Made by a program: the position numbers and the translations under genes | Assembly: GCA_965198115.1 (NCBI GenBank) | Contig: OZ240241.1 | Coordinates: forward strand, 1,280,001 to 1,344,000 | Direction: 5' to 3' | Length of the DNA: 64,000 nt | Source of the DNA: Candidatus Latescibacterota bacterium | GTDB lineage: Bacteria > Latescibacterota > UBA2968 | Shown: in pieces, positions 1 to 10,907 of the stretch | Layout: each line of letters begins with the position of its first letter | How positions within the stretch are numbered: the first letter of the stretch is position 1 | The notes under the pieces: generated by a model | What the model saw: the letters and a program-made list of their open reading frames with translations, nothing else | Told to the model about the DNA's origin: nothing | The model's database searches: none

Positions 1-657
1 CATCGGCAAATCTTGCAAAGCGCCGCGGGCAACGTTCTGTTCCGACCGGGTCCCCCATTGAACGGTCGCCACGGGGGTCTCGGGTGAGGCTCCTCCCTCG
101 ATCAACAAAGGAACATACTCGGCTCGCTTGCCGACCCCCATATAGATCACGAGCGTTCCACCTGCCGCGCCAAGGGCCCGCCAATCGACCTGCGCGTCAG
201 GCTTGGTCGGATCCTCGTGTCCGGTAACGAGGGTCACCTGAGTGGCCACACCTCTATGCGTCACCGGGATGCCTGCGTAGGCCGGTGCAGCGAATCCACT
301 CGTAATGCCCGGCACGACCTCGAACGGAATCCCCTCTGCCTGCAGGAAGAGCGCCTCTTCGCCACCGCGTCCGAAAACGTAGGGGTCGCCACCCTTCAGT
401 CGAACGACGTGTCGCCCCTCTCGCGCGTGATCGACGAGTAGCTGGTTCGTCTCTTCCTGCGACTTCGCCTTGAACCCCGATCGCTTCCCAACGTAGATGC
501 GTTCGCATTCCCGACCGACGTACTCGACCAGATCCGGATGCGCGAGATCATCGTAAAGCAAGACCTCCGCCGCCTCCAGGCAGGCCAACCCTCGCAGAGT
601 GATCAGCCCCGGATCCCCTGGCCCGGCCCCAACGAGACTGACCCTGCCCACGCTCAT
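1..657 (-). CDS. cobA: Uroporphyrinogen-III C-methyltransferase (SUMT), possibly a CobA/HemD fusion; runs off the window
   Basis: Hand translation (absent from ORF track): MSVGRVSLVGAGPGDPGLITLRG...VVRLKGGDPYVFGRGGEE...VVPGITS. ATG overlaps the hemC stop (ATGA). Confidence 0.93.
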   Translation of the reverse strand, partial: MSVGRVSLVGAGPGDPGLITLRGLACLEAAEVLLYDDLAHPDLVEYVGRECERIYVGKRSGFKAKSQEETNQLLVDHAREGRHVVRLKGGDPYVFGRGGEEALFLQAEGIPFEVVPGITSGFAAPAYAGIPVTHRGVATQVTLVTGHEDPTKPDAQVDWRALGAAGGTLVIYMGVGKRAEYVPLLIEGGASPETPVATVQWGTRSEQNVARGALQDLPM

Positions 658-1574
658 CGGGCAAGCACCTCGTCCAGTACCTTCCTCGCTCCGTCGGACA
701 AAAGTCCTTCGGCCAACGCGACCCCCACCGCCGTAGCTTCATTCGGATCACCCGTCTGACGCCTGCGAAGCGGAGAAGATCCGTCCGGATGGGCGACGAC
801 GCCGTCCACCGTCAGATTTCCCTCTATCAAACGCGCCCAGGCTCCGAACGGAATCCGACATCCGCCGCCCAAGTGGTTGAGCGCCGCCCGCTCCGCGTCG
901 ACTGCCACCCTGGCCGATGGGTCGTTCAGACACGCGACAGCATCGATTGTCGATTCGTCACTCTGACGACAGACCACACCCATCGCGGCTTGCCCCGGCG
1001 CCGGCACGAAAGACTCGGGCGACAATCGTTCCGTGATCATCCCGTCCAATCCGAGACGCTCGAGCCCGGCCGCGGCCAGAATGATGGCGTCGAGATCTTC
1101 GGTCTCGAGCTTTTTCACACGCGTATCGACGTTGCCGCGCAGCGGACGCAGTTCCATATCCGGTCGAAGAGCTCTGACCAGAGCCTGACGCCGGAGACTG
1201 CTCGTGGCCACGCGTGACCCCGGGCGAAGTTTCGCCAGGGTTTCGCCCTGTCGGGAGATGAGGGCGTCGCGCACGTCGGCACGGGGGCTGGCGGCAGCCA
1301 GGGTCAACCCTTTTGCGAGATCGGTTGGAAGGTCTTTCAAGCTGTGAATGGAGAGATCGGTCCGACCGGCGAGGAGAGCTTCGTCCACCTCCTTGGTAAA
1401 CACGCCTTTCCCTTCTATCTGGGCGAAAGATTCGGCCTGATCCCTGTCTCCCTGCGTTCGAATGACCTCGATCGTCACATCCGCGTCAGGGCAGTCGGCA
1501 CGAAGCGTCCGCCTCGCCCATTCTGCCTGCCACAAGGCAAGCTTGCTGCCCCTGGACCCGATCACCGCTCGCAT
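654..1574 (-). CDS. hemC: Hydroxymethylbilane synthase (porphobilinogen deaminase)
   Basis: IGSRGSKLALWQA, KGVFTKEVD, HSLKDLP, LRGNVDTR, GGGCRIP motifs. Confidence 0.97.
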   Translation of the reverse strand: MRAVIGSRGSKLALWQAEWARRTLRADCPDADVTIEVIRTQGDRDQAESFAQIEGKGVFTKEVDEALLAGRTDLSIHSLKDLPTDLAKGLTLAAASPRADVRDALISRQGETLAKLRPGSRVATSSLRRQALVRALRPDMELRPLRGNVDTRVKKLETEDLDAIILAAAGLERLGLDGMITERLSPESFVPAPGQAAMGVVCRQSDESTIDAVACLNDPSARVAVDAERAALNHLGGGCRIPFGAWARLIEGNLTVDGVVAHPDGSSPLRRRQTGDPNEATAVGVALAEGLLSDGARKVLDEVLAR

Positions 1575-2884
1575 CAGCCTTCGACCTTTCGTCTGCCGGA
1601 TTCCTGTCGGAGTCCTTCCCGAATGGCGTCGGACAGGCTGAAAAGCTCGATCAGCGTGTCGACGTGTGCGGCTCCGTCCCCCTGCTCCGCCGAGGCTTTG
1701 AGACGGGTCGTCGGTGCGTGAAGCAGCTTGTTCGTGAACTGGCGCAGCAGTAGAGCGACCCGTTCCTGCTGCTCGTCCGTCAGGTCGGTCAGCTTGGCGC
1801 GCTCGAGCTCGGCCATCATAATCTCGTGGAAGGCTTTTCGCAGAGCGACCACCGCGGGTTGCACGTCTAGGCTGGCGAGCCAGGCGTTGAAGCTGTGCAC
1901 TTCCTCCTCGACGATGGCGCGTGCCTTTTCTCCTTCCTCGCTCCGCTTCTGGATATTCTCCCCCACGACCGCCTGCAAGTCGTCGATGTCGTAGAGGAGA
2001 ACGTTGTAGATCTCTCCGACGTCGGGCGCAATGTCACGTGGCACGGCAATGTCGATCAGGAACATCTGGCGATTCCGTCTACGCTGCATCGCCGAAGCAA
2101 CCTGCTCCTGCCTGAGGATGTGATGGGGTGCGCTCGTCGAGCTGATGACAATGTCCGCCCGGTGCAGATCCTCGATCGCGGCGTCCCAACCGAGCGCCTT
2201 TCCTTCGACTGCCTGGGCGAGCTCCTCCGCGCGAGACGCGGTCCGGCTCGCCACGAGAAGATCGGTCACGCCGTTCTCCGCCAGATGTCGAGCCGTCAGC
2301 TCACTCATCTCGCCCGCACCGAGCACGAGAGCGGTCGTGTTCGACAGATCACCAAAAATCTTGCGGGCCAACTCGACCGCGGCAAAGGACACCGACACAG
2401 CACCCGCGGCGATTTCCGTCTCCGTCCTCGCCCGTTTGGATGCTTCTACCGCCGACCGGAAAAGTCGATTCATCACACGCGACGAACACCCCGACTCGAG
2501 GGCGAGGCTGCCGGCCTCCTTCACCTGGCCAGCGATCTGGGGTTCCCCCATTATCATCGACTGGAGGCCAGATGCCACACTGAACAAATGCCGCACGGCT
2601 TCGGTATCCCCGTGGACGAACAGGTGGGTGTCGAGTTCGTCCACCGTCATCCCGCTCCGGTCGCACAGAAATCCGACCACTTCATTCCGCGACGCATCCG
2701 GGTCACGCGTAACCGTGTAGGCTTCTGTGCGGTTGCAGGTGGATATCAAAGCCCCCTCGTCGACCGTTTCGAGGGCGAGCAGCGACTCCAGCGCTGTCAG
2801 CGCCTCGCTCGAAGGAACGGCGACACGGTCCCTCACATCGACAGGTGCCGTCTGATGAGATAAGCCGATTACGAGGATAGACAT
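1574..2884 (-). CDS. hemA: Glutamyl-tRNA reductase
   Basis: GLSHQTAPV, STCNRTE catalytic motif, GEPQIAGQVK, GAGEM, IDIAVPRDI. Confidence 0.97.
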   Translation of the reverse strand: MSILVIGLSHQTAPVDVRDRVAVPSSEALTALESLLALETVDEGALISTCNRTEAYTVTRDPDASRNEVVGFLCDRSGMTVDELDTHLFVHGDTEAVRHLFSVASGLQSMIMGEPQIAGQVKEAGSLALESGCSSRVMNRLFRSAVEASKRARTETEIAAGAVSVSFAAVELARKIFGDLSNTTALVLGAGEMSELTARHLAENGVTDLLVASRTASRAEELAQAVEGKALGWDAAIEDLHRADIVISSTSAPHHILRQEQVASAMQRRRNRQMFLIDIAVPRDIAPDVGEIYNVLLYDIDDLQAVVGENIQKRSEEGEKARAIVEEEVHSFNAWLASLDVQPAVVALRKAFHEIMMAELERAKLTDLTDEQQERVALLLRQFTNKLLHAPTTRLKASAEQGDGAAHVDTLIELFSLSDAIREGLRQESGRRKVEG

Positions 2885-3510
2885 TGCGTCACCCGTTCCT
2901 CGATTGCACGATCGTTGCCCTCTTTCACCCAGTCGACCATCTCCCAGCTCACCAGGTCGTTCCAGAACGCCCGACGGCGGGACGGATCATCCGGAAAACG
3001 CTCCATCACGCGTGGTCTCAGACGCTCGAGCAGGTCCACGACGTCACCGTGTTCGGGACCGAAAATCTCCTCGAGTCGTTCTCGGACGAGCCGTGCGTAA
3101 GTGGGGCTCCCCCCGCTGGTCGAGGCGGCCAGTGTCAGCCCGCCCCGCCGCAGGGTAGAGGGCACGACGAAATCGCAACGATCGAGCGTCGTGGCGTCGT
3201 TGTAGAGAGCTCCTACCGCACTCGCGGCCATCGCGACAGCTTGGTTGACTCCGTCATCGTCGGTCGCCCCGAAGACGAGCCGTGCATTGGCGACGTCACC
3301 GCTTTCGAACCTGCGCCTGTGCCAGACCACCTTCCTGCCTGCAGCCATTTTGGTCAGCTCGCCCGTGACCTCGGGCGCGACGACCTCGACGGCCGCCCGG
3401 GCCTCCAGAAGGGCAGAGACTTTGCGCTCGCCGACGCGCCCTCCTCCGACCACGAGACACCGCTTGCCTTCGATGTCCAGAAGCAGTGGGTAGTGCCGGG
3501 CTGAAGACAC
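2869..3510 (-). CDS. Precorrin-2 dehydrogenase/sirohydrochlorin ferrochelatase (SirC/Met8/CysG N-terminal type)
   Basis: YPLLLDIEGKRCLVVGGGRVGERK, CDFVVPS, STSGGSP. Start placed at GTG 3510, next to the upstream stop. Confidence 0.88.
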   Translation of the reverse strand: MSSARHYPLLLDIEGKRCLVVGGGRVGERKVSALLEARAAVEVVAPEVTGELTKMAAGRKVVWHRRRFESGDVANARLVFGATDDDGVNQAVAMAASAVGALYNDATTLDRCDFVVPSTLRRGGLTLAASTSGGSPTYARLVRERLEEIFGPEHGDVVDLLERLRPRVMERFPDDPSRRRAFWNDLVSWEMVDWVKEGNDRAIEERVTQCLSS

Positions 3511-3511
3511 G

Positions 3512-4327
3512 TCAGCCTCCAAACGGATGGTGACCGCTGAAAAAGACACCGACGACGGGAAAGGCGAGAATGACGAGTGTGAATCCGGCGATCGACAGGA
3601 ACGCAGCCCGCCTGCCCTGCCACCCCAACGCGTAACGTGCGATCACGTGTCCTCCGTAAATGACCCAGGTCAGGAGCAGCGGCGCGACCGTCGGTTCTGC
3701 CCAGACCCACGCCCTGTTCATTTCCTGATAGGCCCAGACCGTGCTCGAAACAACGCCCGCCGTCAACAGAATGTAACCGAATGTGGCGGCCCTGTTGTTC
3801 AACAGATCGAGCACGTCGAGCGAGGGAAGTCGCTCGTAGAAGTAACCCAAGTGCTTGTGTTGAATCTCACCGAGCAGCATCACATACATCACTGCGTTAA
3901 CGCAGGAGATTGCGAAAGCGGCGTAGGCGAGGATGTAGGCGAGGACGTGCAACCGAAACCAGCCCCCGCTATGGGGCGCGGCAGCCGCTTCGACGCCGTA
4001 GAGTTGCGGAATGGCGAGCAGGTGGAGCAGCCATACAATCGGGACGATCAGCGCGCCGAGGGACCGCTCCCGCGACGTCAACTCGAGATACAGGTAGACG
4101 ATCACGATCAGCCAGGCACAGAGCGCCGGCAGCGCTTCCTTCGTGAGCGGGACACTCCCGCTCTGCGCAGTCAGCAAGCCCAGAAAGAAGGTCTGCGTCA
4201 CCCAGCCAGCCAACATCGCCGACGTACCGACCGAGCCCCTTGCAGCCGACCTCGTCTGGAAATTCAGAGCGTAGGCGCCCGCGCTCACCGTGTAAAGCAG
4301 CGCCGATAGGATGAGCAGCGTATCCAA
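3512..4327 (-). CDS. Cytochrome c assembly protein (CcsA/HemX-like membrane protein)
   Basis: Multiple TM segments, LHVLAYILAYAAF, RLPSLDVLD, WVWAEP, GWQGRRAA. Typical position upstream of hemA. Confidence 0.85.
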   Translation of the reverse strand: MDTLLILSALLYTVSAGAYALNFQTRSAARGSVGTSAMLAGWVTQTFFLGLLTAQSGSVPLTKEALPALCAWLIVIVYLYLELTSRERSLGALIVPIVWLLHLLAIPQLYGVEAAAAPHSGGWFRLHVLAYILAYAAFAISCVNAVMYVMLLGEIQHKHLGYFYERLPSLDVLDLLNNRAATFGYILLTAGVVSSTVWAYQEMNRAWVWAEPTVAPLLLTWVIYGGHVIARYALGWQGRRAAFLSIAGFTLVILAFPVVGVFFSGHHPFGG

Positions 4328-4915
4328 CCGTCTCCCTCAAAAACCAAGACCTCTGGATCCGGCGGATCCAAAGGTCGAAAAGCGCCACACAGCCAACGAA
4401 TCGAAAATGGTTTAGCCAGGCACCTCGAGGTAGTCCTCGACCTCGACCTTAAAATGCCGTGGGTCGTCTGCGCCGACGATCGCGCGCGACCCGTCGGCAC
4501 CACGCTCGTTGAACTCTTTGTAGAGATCGACAACAAAGGGCGAGGGCCGACGTTTGCCGAACTGCGTGAAGATCACCCCGACCTTGGGTCGCAACGAATC
4601 CAGTGGGTTCACTTCCATCACGACGCCCATCTCTTCGGTGTTCAACTTGACGAAGCTTCCGACCGGATAAATCCCGAGCTGTTTGATGAAGGTATCGACC
4701 ACGTCGGTGTCGAAATCTGTGCCCTTGCCATCGAAGATCACGCGCAGGGCGACGTGCGGCGGCAACCCTGGTTTAATGGACGCGCAGAAGTCAGAGCGTC
4801 GTAGACGTCGGCCACGGCAGCCATCTTCGCCCAAGGGTGCATCTCGTCGCCCGCTATCCCGCGAGGATAGCCCTTACCGCTGACCTTTTCGTGGTGTTGG
4901 CCGGTGATATAAAAA

Positions 4916-6335
4916 GGCTCTATCCGGGTTTCTCAACGGTGAAACTATAGAATGACAAGGTCATAGATCGTTCCCTACGCTTGGTTGTGTGTGTAGGACA
5001 ATCAAAGCGAAGGGGGTGCGACCTATGACCGGGAGCAGATTACTATCGAAACTGCTGAGATTCAAGGGGTTCCGTGTTGTCAGCTGGTGGTTTGAGGGGA
5101 GAAGCTGCTTCGTCATCGCCGTAAAGCCACATAAGAATGGTTGTTGTTGTCCGGAGTGCGGCCGTCGAGGTAAAATCGTCCGCACAATGCCCCATCCGCG
5201 TCGGTGGCGTGACATTCCGGTGTGCGGGTGGAGGGTCTGGCTTCTCTACCATCCTCGGGAGATTCGGTGTCCTACCCACGGTCGTGTGGTCGAGGAGATT
5301 CCGTGGGCGGAGCGGTTCTCTCGGGTGACGTATCGCTTCGAGTATGCCATGCTGCGCTACTGCCAGACCATGACGCAGAAGGCGGCGTCCGAGTTACTGC
5401 GCATCTCTGCCTCGACGCTGTCGGATCTCCTTCACCGATCCATCACGCGGCTTCGTGAAGGTCATCGTATCCGAGGGCTCAAAACCATCGGGATCGACGA
5501 GATCTCCTACGCCAAGCGTCACAGGTACGCCACGCTCGTTTACGATCTGGACCGCTCCTGCGTGGTGTGGGTTGGCCGCGGCAGGGCGCGTAAAACGATC
5601 GATCGGTTCTTCACAGAGGCTCTCAGTCCCTACCGGAGATCCAAGATCGAGTGGGCCTGCTGCGACATGAGCGAAGCTTACATCGGAGCCATCCAGGAAC
5701 ACTGTCCGAATGCCAAGCTGGTCCTCGATCGCTTTCACATCGTCAAGGCTCTCAATGCCGCCGTTGACGAGGTCCGTAAGGACCAGTGGCGTAAAGCTGC
5801 CCCGGATGAGCGCAAAGCCATGAAGGGCCTCCGATGGCTCCTCTACCGGCACTCAGCGACACGCTCCAGAGGGGATACTCGGACACTCAAAGCACTGGAG
5901 AAGGCGAACTACCGAATCTATAGAGCCTGGAGACTCAAGGACGAGTTCGAGCAGTTCTGGGAATACAAAGCGCCCTGGGCTGCCGAACGCTTCCTGAAAT
6001 GCTGGACGACGTCCGCACTCAGAAGTCGACTTGAACCCCTGCGAAAGTTCGTCAGGACCCTGCGACAGCACTTCTTCGGCGTCCTCGCATTCGTGAACAC
6101 GCGTCTTACCAACGCCATCGCCGAAGGCCTCAACCGAATCGTCCAAATCGTCAAGAACCGAGCCAGCGGATTCCGCACACTCGACGCATTCAACGATATG
6201 ATCTTCCTTACCGTCGGAGACATAAACATCCCTGAGCAGATTCCGAAGAGGTTCCGCACACTCTAACCGCGCCCCCATGCCAGGAACCACGGCACCTTCA
6301 CCCACTTCAGCTCGTTGAGAGATCCGGATATAGCC
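4916..6335 (+). mobile_element. ISL3-family IS, copy 1 (1420 bp)
   Basis: Imperfect IRs GGCTCTATCCGGGTTTCTCAACG / GGCTATATCCGGATCTCTCAACG. 8-bp TSD TATAAAAA at 4908-4915 and 6336-6343. Confidence 0.96.
4989..6266 (+). CDS. ISL3-family transposase
   Basis: CPECG zinc finger, IGIDE, CDMS, DRFHIV, TNAIAEGLN. True start may be ATG 5025. Confidence 0.96.
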   Translation: MCRTIKAKGVRPMTGSRLLSKLLRFKGFRVVSWWFEGRSCFVIAVKPHKNGCCCPECGRRGKIVRTMPHPRRWRDIPVCGWRVWLLYHPREIRCPTHGRVVEEIPWAERFSRVTYRFEYAMLRYCQTMTQKAASELLRISASTLSDLLHRSITRLREGHRIRGLKTIGIDEISYAKRHRYATLVYDLDRSCVVWVGRGRARKTIDRFFTEALSPYRRSKIEWACCDMSEAYIGAIQEHCPNAKLVLDRFHIVKALNAAVDEVRKDQWRKAAPDERKAMKGLRWLLYRHSATRSRGDTRTLKALEKANYRIYRAWRLKDEFEQFWEYKAPWAAERFLKCWTTSALRSRLEPLRKFVRTLRQHFFGVLAFVNTRLTNAIAEGLNRIVQIVKNRASGFRTLDAFNDMIFLTVGDINIPEQIPKRFRTL

Positions 6336-7202
6336 TATAAAAAGCCTCCTCCGGGACATTTCCCATCGTCTTGAGGATCTCTTCACCGAAGAGCGGATGG
6401 CTCATGATGACCTTCCGCTCGTCGTCTGTGAGCGGGCCGGGCTTGTCGAGCACCGACAACGGAATCTTGGCCTTTCCCACGTCGTGCAGCAATCCACCCA
6501 CGCCGATGACTCCGGCCTCCTCTTCGGTCACGCCCGACGCGTAAGCGATTGCAAGCGTGAGACAACACACGTTGACCGAGTGGGTGTAGGTATGCTCGCT
6601 GTAGTCTTTGAGTGCCGTGAGGCTGAGGAGAGCGTCAACGTTGCGGAAAACACTGCCCGTGAGCGTCTTGGAAGCCAGCTCCACTTTTTCGTGGTCGATG
6701 CTTCCACCCTGGGCGGCGTTGCCCATGAAATCTTTGACGATTTTGACGGACGCGCCGCGAATCTTGCGGGCAACTTTGATCTCGTCTTTGTAGAAAGTCT
6801 GTCGACCCGCAGGAGGCACGGCCTTCTTGACTTCCTTCATCACGACAGGTGCCGCTTGAACGCGGCCCGCCGCGGAATCCTTGCCCTTCGACGTGTCGAT
6901 CGTGACTTCGTTCAGCCCGGCTTCCTTTAGTCGCCGAACCTGGTTCTGCGATGTGACGAGCATCCCCTTGCCAAGCAGGAGCACGTTCTTGCCCGACGCT
7001 GGCGTCGCTCCCTTGCCCTTGGCGGCATCTCGGACGTCGGCCTCGATGAACATTCCGACTTCGATACTATCGATTGAGATCTTCTTCTTAGCCATCACTC
7101 AACTCGAAAGGGCATCTATGCGAAAAGTGAAACTGTGCTAACCGCAGGATAATCGGAAAGTTACGAAAAGGCCCTACCCTAATCAACACAAAACACCCGC
7201 CG

Positions 7203-8348
7203 TCAAGCCGTGATTTGCCCCAAAACAACGGCGCGTGAGGCACCTGTCACACGCGGTAGGTTACCCGGTCGTCCCGCCATCGTTTCCGTCGCGAGAATGG
7301 CGAAGGCGACCGCCTCTTTGACATCCGGATCCAGTCCAAGACGATCGGACGAGTCGACACGACACCAGGGTAGCGCAGACACCAACCCGTCCATAAGCGT
7401 AGGATTGTTCCTACCTCCACCACTGACATAAACTTCATCAGGATCGAAGACCGGACGAACGAAACGATCGACGCTGAGTCCCACGCTTTGTGCCGTCAGC
7501 TGTGTAGCGGTCGCGACCTGATCCTGGAACGAGACGTCTTCGCTCATCGCCTGAAATCTTTTCAGAAACGAATCCCCGAACAACTCACGACCGGTCGATT
7601 TGGGCGGCGATGCATCGAAATACGGATGCCCCAGAAGCTCTTCAACGATCGAAGCTTGAGCCCTCCCGGCACGAGCGATCTTTCCGTCCCGATCGTATGA
7701 TTCGCTCGCGTCGGACAAACCGACGAGTGCGTCGATGAGCATGTTACCAGGGCCCGTGTCGAATGCGAAGACATCATCGCGCGAACAACCGGGTGCCAGT
7801 GCGGTCAGGTTGGCGATGCCACCCAGGTTCAGCATCACGCGACCGACAGTCTCCGATCGGCAGAGCAGATAATCGACGAGTGGTACGAGCGGCGCGCCCT
7901 GCCCGCCTACCGCGATGTCACGGCTCCTGAAGTCGGAGACCACCGGGACTCCCACCATTTCGGCAATCGTCGCGGCATCGCCGATCTGCAAGGTCGACCG
8001 AACTGATATGCCGTAGACGTCGACCGCCTCTGGCAGATGGTGAATCGTCTGGCCGTGCGATCCGATAACGTCGACTCGCGAGGGCTCGACGTTCGCCCTC
8101 TCGCAAGTCGCCAACGCTGCCTCGCCGAAGTAGCGACCGACGAGCACGTTCAGTCGGCAGATCTCGTCCACCGAGCCTCCACCGGGATGCGCGACAGCGA
8201 TCAGGGCGTCGCGCACCTCGGCCGGATACGGTTCGCTGTGAAACGACATCAGCGAGAAATCGACTCGATCGGCCTCCGACGCGAGCTCCACGAGTGCCGC
8301 ATCGACACCATCCGCGGATGTTCCCGACATCAGCCCGATCGCCAGCAT
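7203..8348 (-). CDS. anmK: Anhydro-N-acetylmuramic acid kinase
   Basis: GLMSGTSADGVD, GSHGQT, GGQGAPLVP, FDTGPGN, PPKSTGRE. Confidence 0.96.
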   Translation of the reverse strand: MLAIGLMSGTSADGVDAALVELASEADRVDFSLMSFHSEPYPAEVRDALIAVAHPGGGSVDEICRLNVLVGRYFGEAALATCERANVEPSRVDVIGSHGQTIHHLPEAVDVYGISVRSTLQIGDAATIAEMVGVPVVSDFRSRDIAVGGQGAPLVPLVDYLLCRSETVGRVMLNLGGIANLTALAPGCSRDDVFAFDTGPGNMLIDALVGLSDASESYDRDGKIARAGRAQASIVEELLGHPYFDASPPKSTGRELFGDSFLKRFQAMSEDVSFQDQVATATQLTAQSVGLSVDRFVRPVFDPDEVYVSGGGRNNPTLMDGLVSALPWCRVDSSDRLGLDPDVKEAVAFAILATETMAGRPGNLPRVTGASRAVVLGQITA

Positions 8349-9355
8349 TAGATAGCTTCCGTTCCCTTGTCAGGCCTGCGCCTCAACACGAAGGCAATAC
8401 CTCCTGCCAGGCTGGCCGCGATACCAGCCAGATATCCGATGAACATCATCGCCAGCGCCTCGGGCGTCCCGACACCGACCCGGGCGAACAGAATCGCACC
8501 GAGATTCTCCCGAACGCCGATCCCGCCAAACGAAATCGGGACGGCTGCCACGATCGCGATCAGCGGTATAAAGACCAGGAAGTGAACGTATGCGACGTCT
8601 AAACCCATTCCCCATCCCACTGTGAAGTAGACAGCCACACGGCTGAGCTGGACGGTGGCGGCCACGAGCCCGACGCAAAACAGAAGCCGGTAGGCGTGCC
8701 GATATTCGATGAACCCGTCTCGAATGTCTCCGAGTATACGAAGAACCCGTTCGGGTAGAATTTTGGCACTGACCATAAGCGTCCAGGCACTCAGCCGCCT
8801 ACTGAACCCGAAGGAAAGGATGCCTAAGATGGCGACGGCAAGGGCTGTCATCGGTGCAACGAGACCGGGTGTCCACAGGCCGGGTTTCGTGGCAAACGCG
8901 ACGATGCAGAATGCGATGAGCGTGAAAAGGCCGATGAACCGGTCCATGAAAACCGCCGCAAACCCAGCTGTTGCCCGCCCAGTCAGCGACTTCAGATCGT
9001 AGACGCGCACCGCGTCCCCCCCAATGTTGCTGACGAGAAAGTTGTTGAAGAAAACGCCCACGAAGTAAATCGTCAGCACGGATCGAAAGGGCAGGTGAAT
9101 GTTTTGACCCCGCAATAGCAGAGCCCACTGCACGGCCCCCAGCACATTACTCAGCGCGAAAAGTAACGCACCTAACACCCACGCCCGCAGCGAGATACGG
9201 CGAGCGGCCTCGGTCAGGTCCTGAAGTTCGATCTGATGCAGAAACAGCCACACGAGCAACGCGCTGATGGCGAACTTGAGCCCAGCGAAAAGAACTGTCT
9301 TCGTGTTCAAGACGCGCCCTCGACCCCTGCGTGCCCAGGGCAATCTGCGCACCAT
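8348..9355 (-). CDS. Flippase-like membrane protein (lysylphosphatidylglycerol synthase TM / UPF0104)
   Basis: FFNNFLVSNIGGDAVR, MDRFIG, PISFGGIGVRE. Start uncertain (9355 or 9310). Confidence 0.85.
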   Translation of the reverse strand: MVRRLPWARRGRGRVLNTKTVLFAGLKFAISALLVWLFLHQIELQDLTEAARRISLRAWVLGALLFALSNVLGAVQWALLLRGQNIHLPFRSVLTIYFVGVFFNNFLVSNIGGDAVRVYDLKSLTGRATAGFAAVFMDRFIGLFTLIAFCIVAFATKPGLWTPGLVAPMTALAVAILGILSFGFSRRLSAWTLMVSAKILPERVLRILGDIRDGFIEYRHAYRLLFCVGLVAATVQLSRVAVYFTVGWGMGLDVAYVHFLVFIPLIAIVAAVPISFGGIGVRENLGAILFARVGVGTPEALAMMFIGYLAGIAASLAGGIAFVLRRRPDKGTEAI

Positions 9356-9389
9356 CGAAGGGCTTCCCAGCTCCTCCGCCCAGAATGCC

Positions 9390-10448
9390 TCATCCTTGTT
9401 CTCCCACCAATTCCGTCGCCGTCTTCTTCCCTGAAAGGTAGTAGGCCCACACGACCGATCCAGAATACATCGCTTTCTCAACCACTCGATCGCTCACCCC
9501 CCGCGCCTTCTGGGATTCCCTTCGTCTTCTGAGCACGTGGATCGGATGCGTTGCGACCCACAATACGCCGGCCCAGGCGGCAGCTGCGCGCTTCCAATCG
9601 CCTTTGAGAAGGGCGGCCCCGGTCACAAGCTCGATCAAGAGTCGGATCGGCAACCGTTTCAGGAGGGATCCGAGCGAAGCGTTCTTGATCAGCATCACCA
9701 GACTGTTCCTGTGTTTCAGATAAAGTCGCTGAAACGATTCGGCAGTCAGACTGAACCCACCCCAGTGGTAAACGATCGACGTCGGCACGGACACGATCCG
9801 GAAGCCTGCCAGATGAAGGCGCCAGCACAGGTCGATCTCTTCCATATGCATATAGAACGCTTCATCGAGATGGCCGGTCACTTCCAGAGCTTCCATCCGG
9901 ACGAACATCGCGCCTCCGAGTGCCCAGAAGATGTCTCGTTGGCGATCGTATTGTCCCTCATCTTCCTCCACTGTATCGAACATCCGACCTAAACAGAACG
10001 GGTAGGCATAGACATCGATCAGTCCGCCAGCCGCTCCCTCCGAGTCGAGCCGATGCTTCTCACGCATCGATCGAACCTTCGGCTGCGCTGCGCCGATCTC
10101 GGGATCCGAATCAGCCGCTACGACTAGGGCCTCGAGCCAGCCTTCGGTCACCTCGACGTCATTGTTCAATAGCATCGCATAACGACCCCGGGCCACCTCG
10201 AGACCTCGATTGCAGCCGGAGGCAAGTCCCTTTGTTGGGAGACCGTTTCCGCCCCCTGTTTTGACGACACGAATATCGGGCCACCGTTCGAGTGCTCGAC
10301 CGATGCTGCCGTCATCGTGCGGTTGATCGTCTGCCACGATCACCTCGAACGACGGGCCATCCGTGTTCTCGTAGATCGACGCGAGACAGTCGCCCAGGAT
10401 ATCCCCGAGGTAGTGAGGAATGATGATGGAGACGTCGATGTCGGACAA
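9390..10448 (-). CDS. Glycosyltransferase family 2
   Basis: VSIIIPHY, LLNNDV, FYMHMEEIDLCWR. Confidence 0.92.
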   Translation of the reverse strand: MSDIDVSIIIPHYLGDILGDCLASIYENTDGPSFEVIVADDQPHDDGSIGRALERWPDIRVVKTGGGNGLPTKGLASGCNRGLEVARGRYAMLLNNDVEVTEGWLEALVVAADSDPEIGAAQPKVRSMREKHRLDSEGAAGGLIDVYAYPFCLGRMFDTVEEDEGQYDRQRDIFWALGGAMFVRMEALEVTGHLDEAFYMHMEEIDLCWRLHLAGFRIVSVPTSIVYHWGGFSLTAESFQRLYLKHRNSLVMLIKNASLGSLLKRLPIRLLIELVTGAALLKGDWKRAAAAWAGVLWVATHPIHVLRRRRESQKARGVSDRVVEKAMYSGSVVWAYYLSGKKTATELVGEQG

Positions 10449-10681
10449 AGAAGCCTACCACGAAAGACACGAAACACAACGAAAGGAGGACGCAGGACTA
10501 CCGACCCCTGTCACCGGATAGACTACAATAGGAAAGAACGACTACGGAGGAGAAGGGCGAGAACAGTTACCATGACAAGGACATTGCGTTCATTCTAACG
10601 ACTTGATCGACGCTATAGCGGAGAGAGGACTATGGTCAGCCGAAATCCCAGTAGGGGAACGGATCCGGCGTGGTTCCTGAC

Positions 10682-10705
10682 AAAAGTGGCCCCGGGGCCA
10701 CTTTT
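10682..10705. repeat. Perfect 24-bp palindrome, possible bidirectional terminator
   Basis: AAAAGTGGCCCCGGGGCCACTTTT, with T-tracts on both strands. Confidence 0.6.
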
Positions 10706-10907
10706 TCGGTCCGCAAGATTAACTACTGTAAATATTCGTGTTATTCGATGGAGCTTGTCGAGAAATTGGAAAGAGAAACGGGCGGCCCGAGACCGCACAG
10801 GATCCTCTAAGAGCCATCTACCTCGTCTTCGTATGATCTGGGCACGACCTTACAGCAGCTCGCAAGGACCGACACTTCCACTCCCGCTCGGTGTGACGGT
10901 TCAGTAG

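Larger units (their letters stand above)
4412..7098 (-). pseudogene. HD-GYP c-di-GMP phosphodiesterase split by ISL3, plus a frameshift near 4775
   Basis: N-part has HSVNV...LLHDVGK. Removing the IS gives EEAFYITGQHHEKVSGKGYPRG...VADVYDALTSARP. C-part KPGLPPHVAL...LGIYPVGSFVKLN is in another frame. Confidence 0.92.
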
